Assembly: GCA_051652765.1 (NCBI GenBank)
Contig: JBOFUV010000067.1
Coordinates: 1-17,348, forward strand
From: Microcoleaceae cyanobacterium
Lineage (GTDB): Bacteria > Cyanobacteriota > Cyanobacteriia > Cyanobacteriales > Microcoleaceae
DNA: 17,348 nt
Reading direction: 5' to 3'
Part shown: piece after piece, positions 16,796 through 17,348 of the stretch
Numbering within the stretch: the stretch's first letter is position 1
Layout: each line of letters begins with the position of its first letter
Translations under genes and position numbers: made by a program
The notes under the pieces: generated by a model
What the model was told of the DNA's origin: nothing
Databases searched by the model: none
What the model saw: the letters and a program-made list of their open reading frames with translations, nothing else

Positions 16796-16880
16796 AGATA
16801 ACAAATCACTGCACCCGACCGTTCCAGGGTAGTCGATGAGTTGCAAAGATATTGGCGGTGGGTGAGTTCAACCGTTAGCT
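16796..16880 (+). mobile_element. attC site 2 (85 bp)
   Basis: AGATAAC-AAATC-ACT(G)CACCC(G)ACCG ... CGGTGGGTGAGT-TCAACC-GTTAGCT; arms nearly identical to attC1, with a different central loop. Confidence 0.9.
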
Positions 16881-17211
16881 GTCTTCCTTGATTCGAGGTT
16901 CCTATTACCGAGCGGTTATCTGTTGGTGGCAGAGGTTGAGTTGGCGAAGGTTGAGTCAGTGGGGGCGATCGCAGGAGTGGCGCAAAGTCTCAGCAGCTTT
17001 GGGGTGAGTGTCAGAGGTTGAGTATTGAGGGCGATCGGTGGTGGGTTTCAAGGTTCAGAGCGGTTTGCTGTAGCGGGTGCGATCGCTTTTGTAGCGAGAG
17101 GTTGAGTTCATTGAGGTTGTTGCGCGTCAGCCAGCTAATAAATCAGTGCAGCGGACGGTCGGAAGCCGCTGGTGCTGAGTTCGAGGTACTTGCAGCCGCT
17201 GACCTCAGCCG
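16875..17211 (+). mobile_element. Integron cassette 3, 337 bp, apparently gene-less and G/T-skewed
   Basis: Starts (G)TTAGCT; its attC R'' is AGCTAAT, the reverse complement except for one base; no credible ORF within the boundaries. Confidence 0.65.
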
Positions 17212-17217
17212 TTCGAC
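17133..17217 (+). mobile_element. attC site 3, degenerate (85 bp)
   Basis: AGCTAAT (AAC>AAT)-AAATC-AGT(G)CAGCGG(A)C ... GCCGCTGACC-TCAGCC-GTTCGAC; same 5/6-nt spacer geometry as attC1 and attC2. Confidence 0.78.
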
Positions 17218-17348
17218 CGCTAGGTTATCCGTGGGGCGGCAGCATGAAATTTATCTGTTAGAGTTCAGCCTGAAGTTAACTTGAGGCTGTTGATAAGACA
17301 GTGTTTCGAGGTTACTGGCGGGGCGATCGCGCAGTTAAGCTGACTAAT

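Larger units (their letters stand above)
196..17330. repeat. Dispersed HIP1 octamers (GCGATCGC), at least 16 copies
   Basis: Seen at 196, 682, 1283, 2008, 5037, 6574, 6814, 7445, 7869, 11646, 12574, 12846, 14039, 16965, 17079, 17323; a hallmark of cyanobacterial genomes. Confidence 0.95.

Noticed and set aside
17018..17284. 88-aa ORF (+)
   Set aside because: TTG start, odd composition, and it reads straight through attC3, so it is likely spurious.

Overview
A cyanobacterial chromosomal window (at least 16 HIP1 GCGATCGC octamers; a CRR6-family gene). The first ~14.9 kb is mostly housekeeping and accessory genes: a polyamine ABC transporter (potABCD), a squalene synthase-like gene, a GH13_18 sugar phosphorylase (probably glucosylglycerate phosphorylase), a COG4337/iota-carbonic-anhydrase-like secreted protein, an uncharacterised 3-gene operon (two arrestin-like proteins plus a P-loop ATPase), moeB with an unusual 33-aa insertion, argH, a NUDIX hydrolase and CRR6. 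The last 2.4 kb is the most interesting part and is largely missed by the ORF track. It looks like a decayed chromosomal integron: a 21-codon remnant of the integron integrase N-terminus on the - strand, a putative attI (G|TTATCT at 15876) ending four direct repeats spaced 40-41 bp apart, and three attC sites. These delimit two apparently gene-less cassettes and one chimeric DUF697-like cassette. Where the rest of intI should lie there is a ~540 bp non-coding array with GATCAA phased every 22-23 bp. Family assignments come from motif recognition only; no searches were run.
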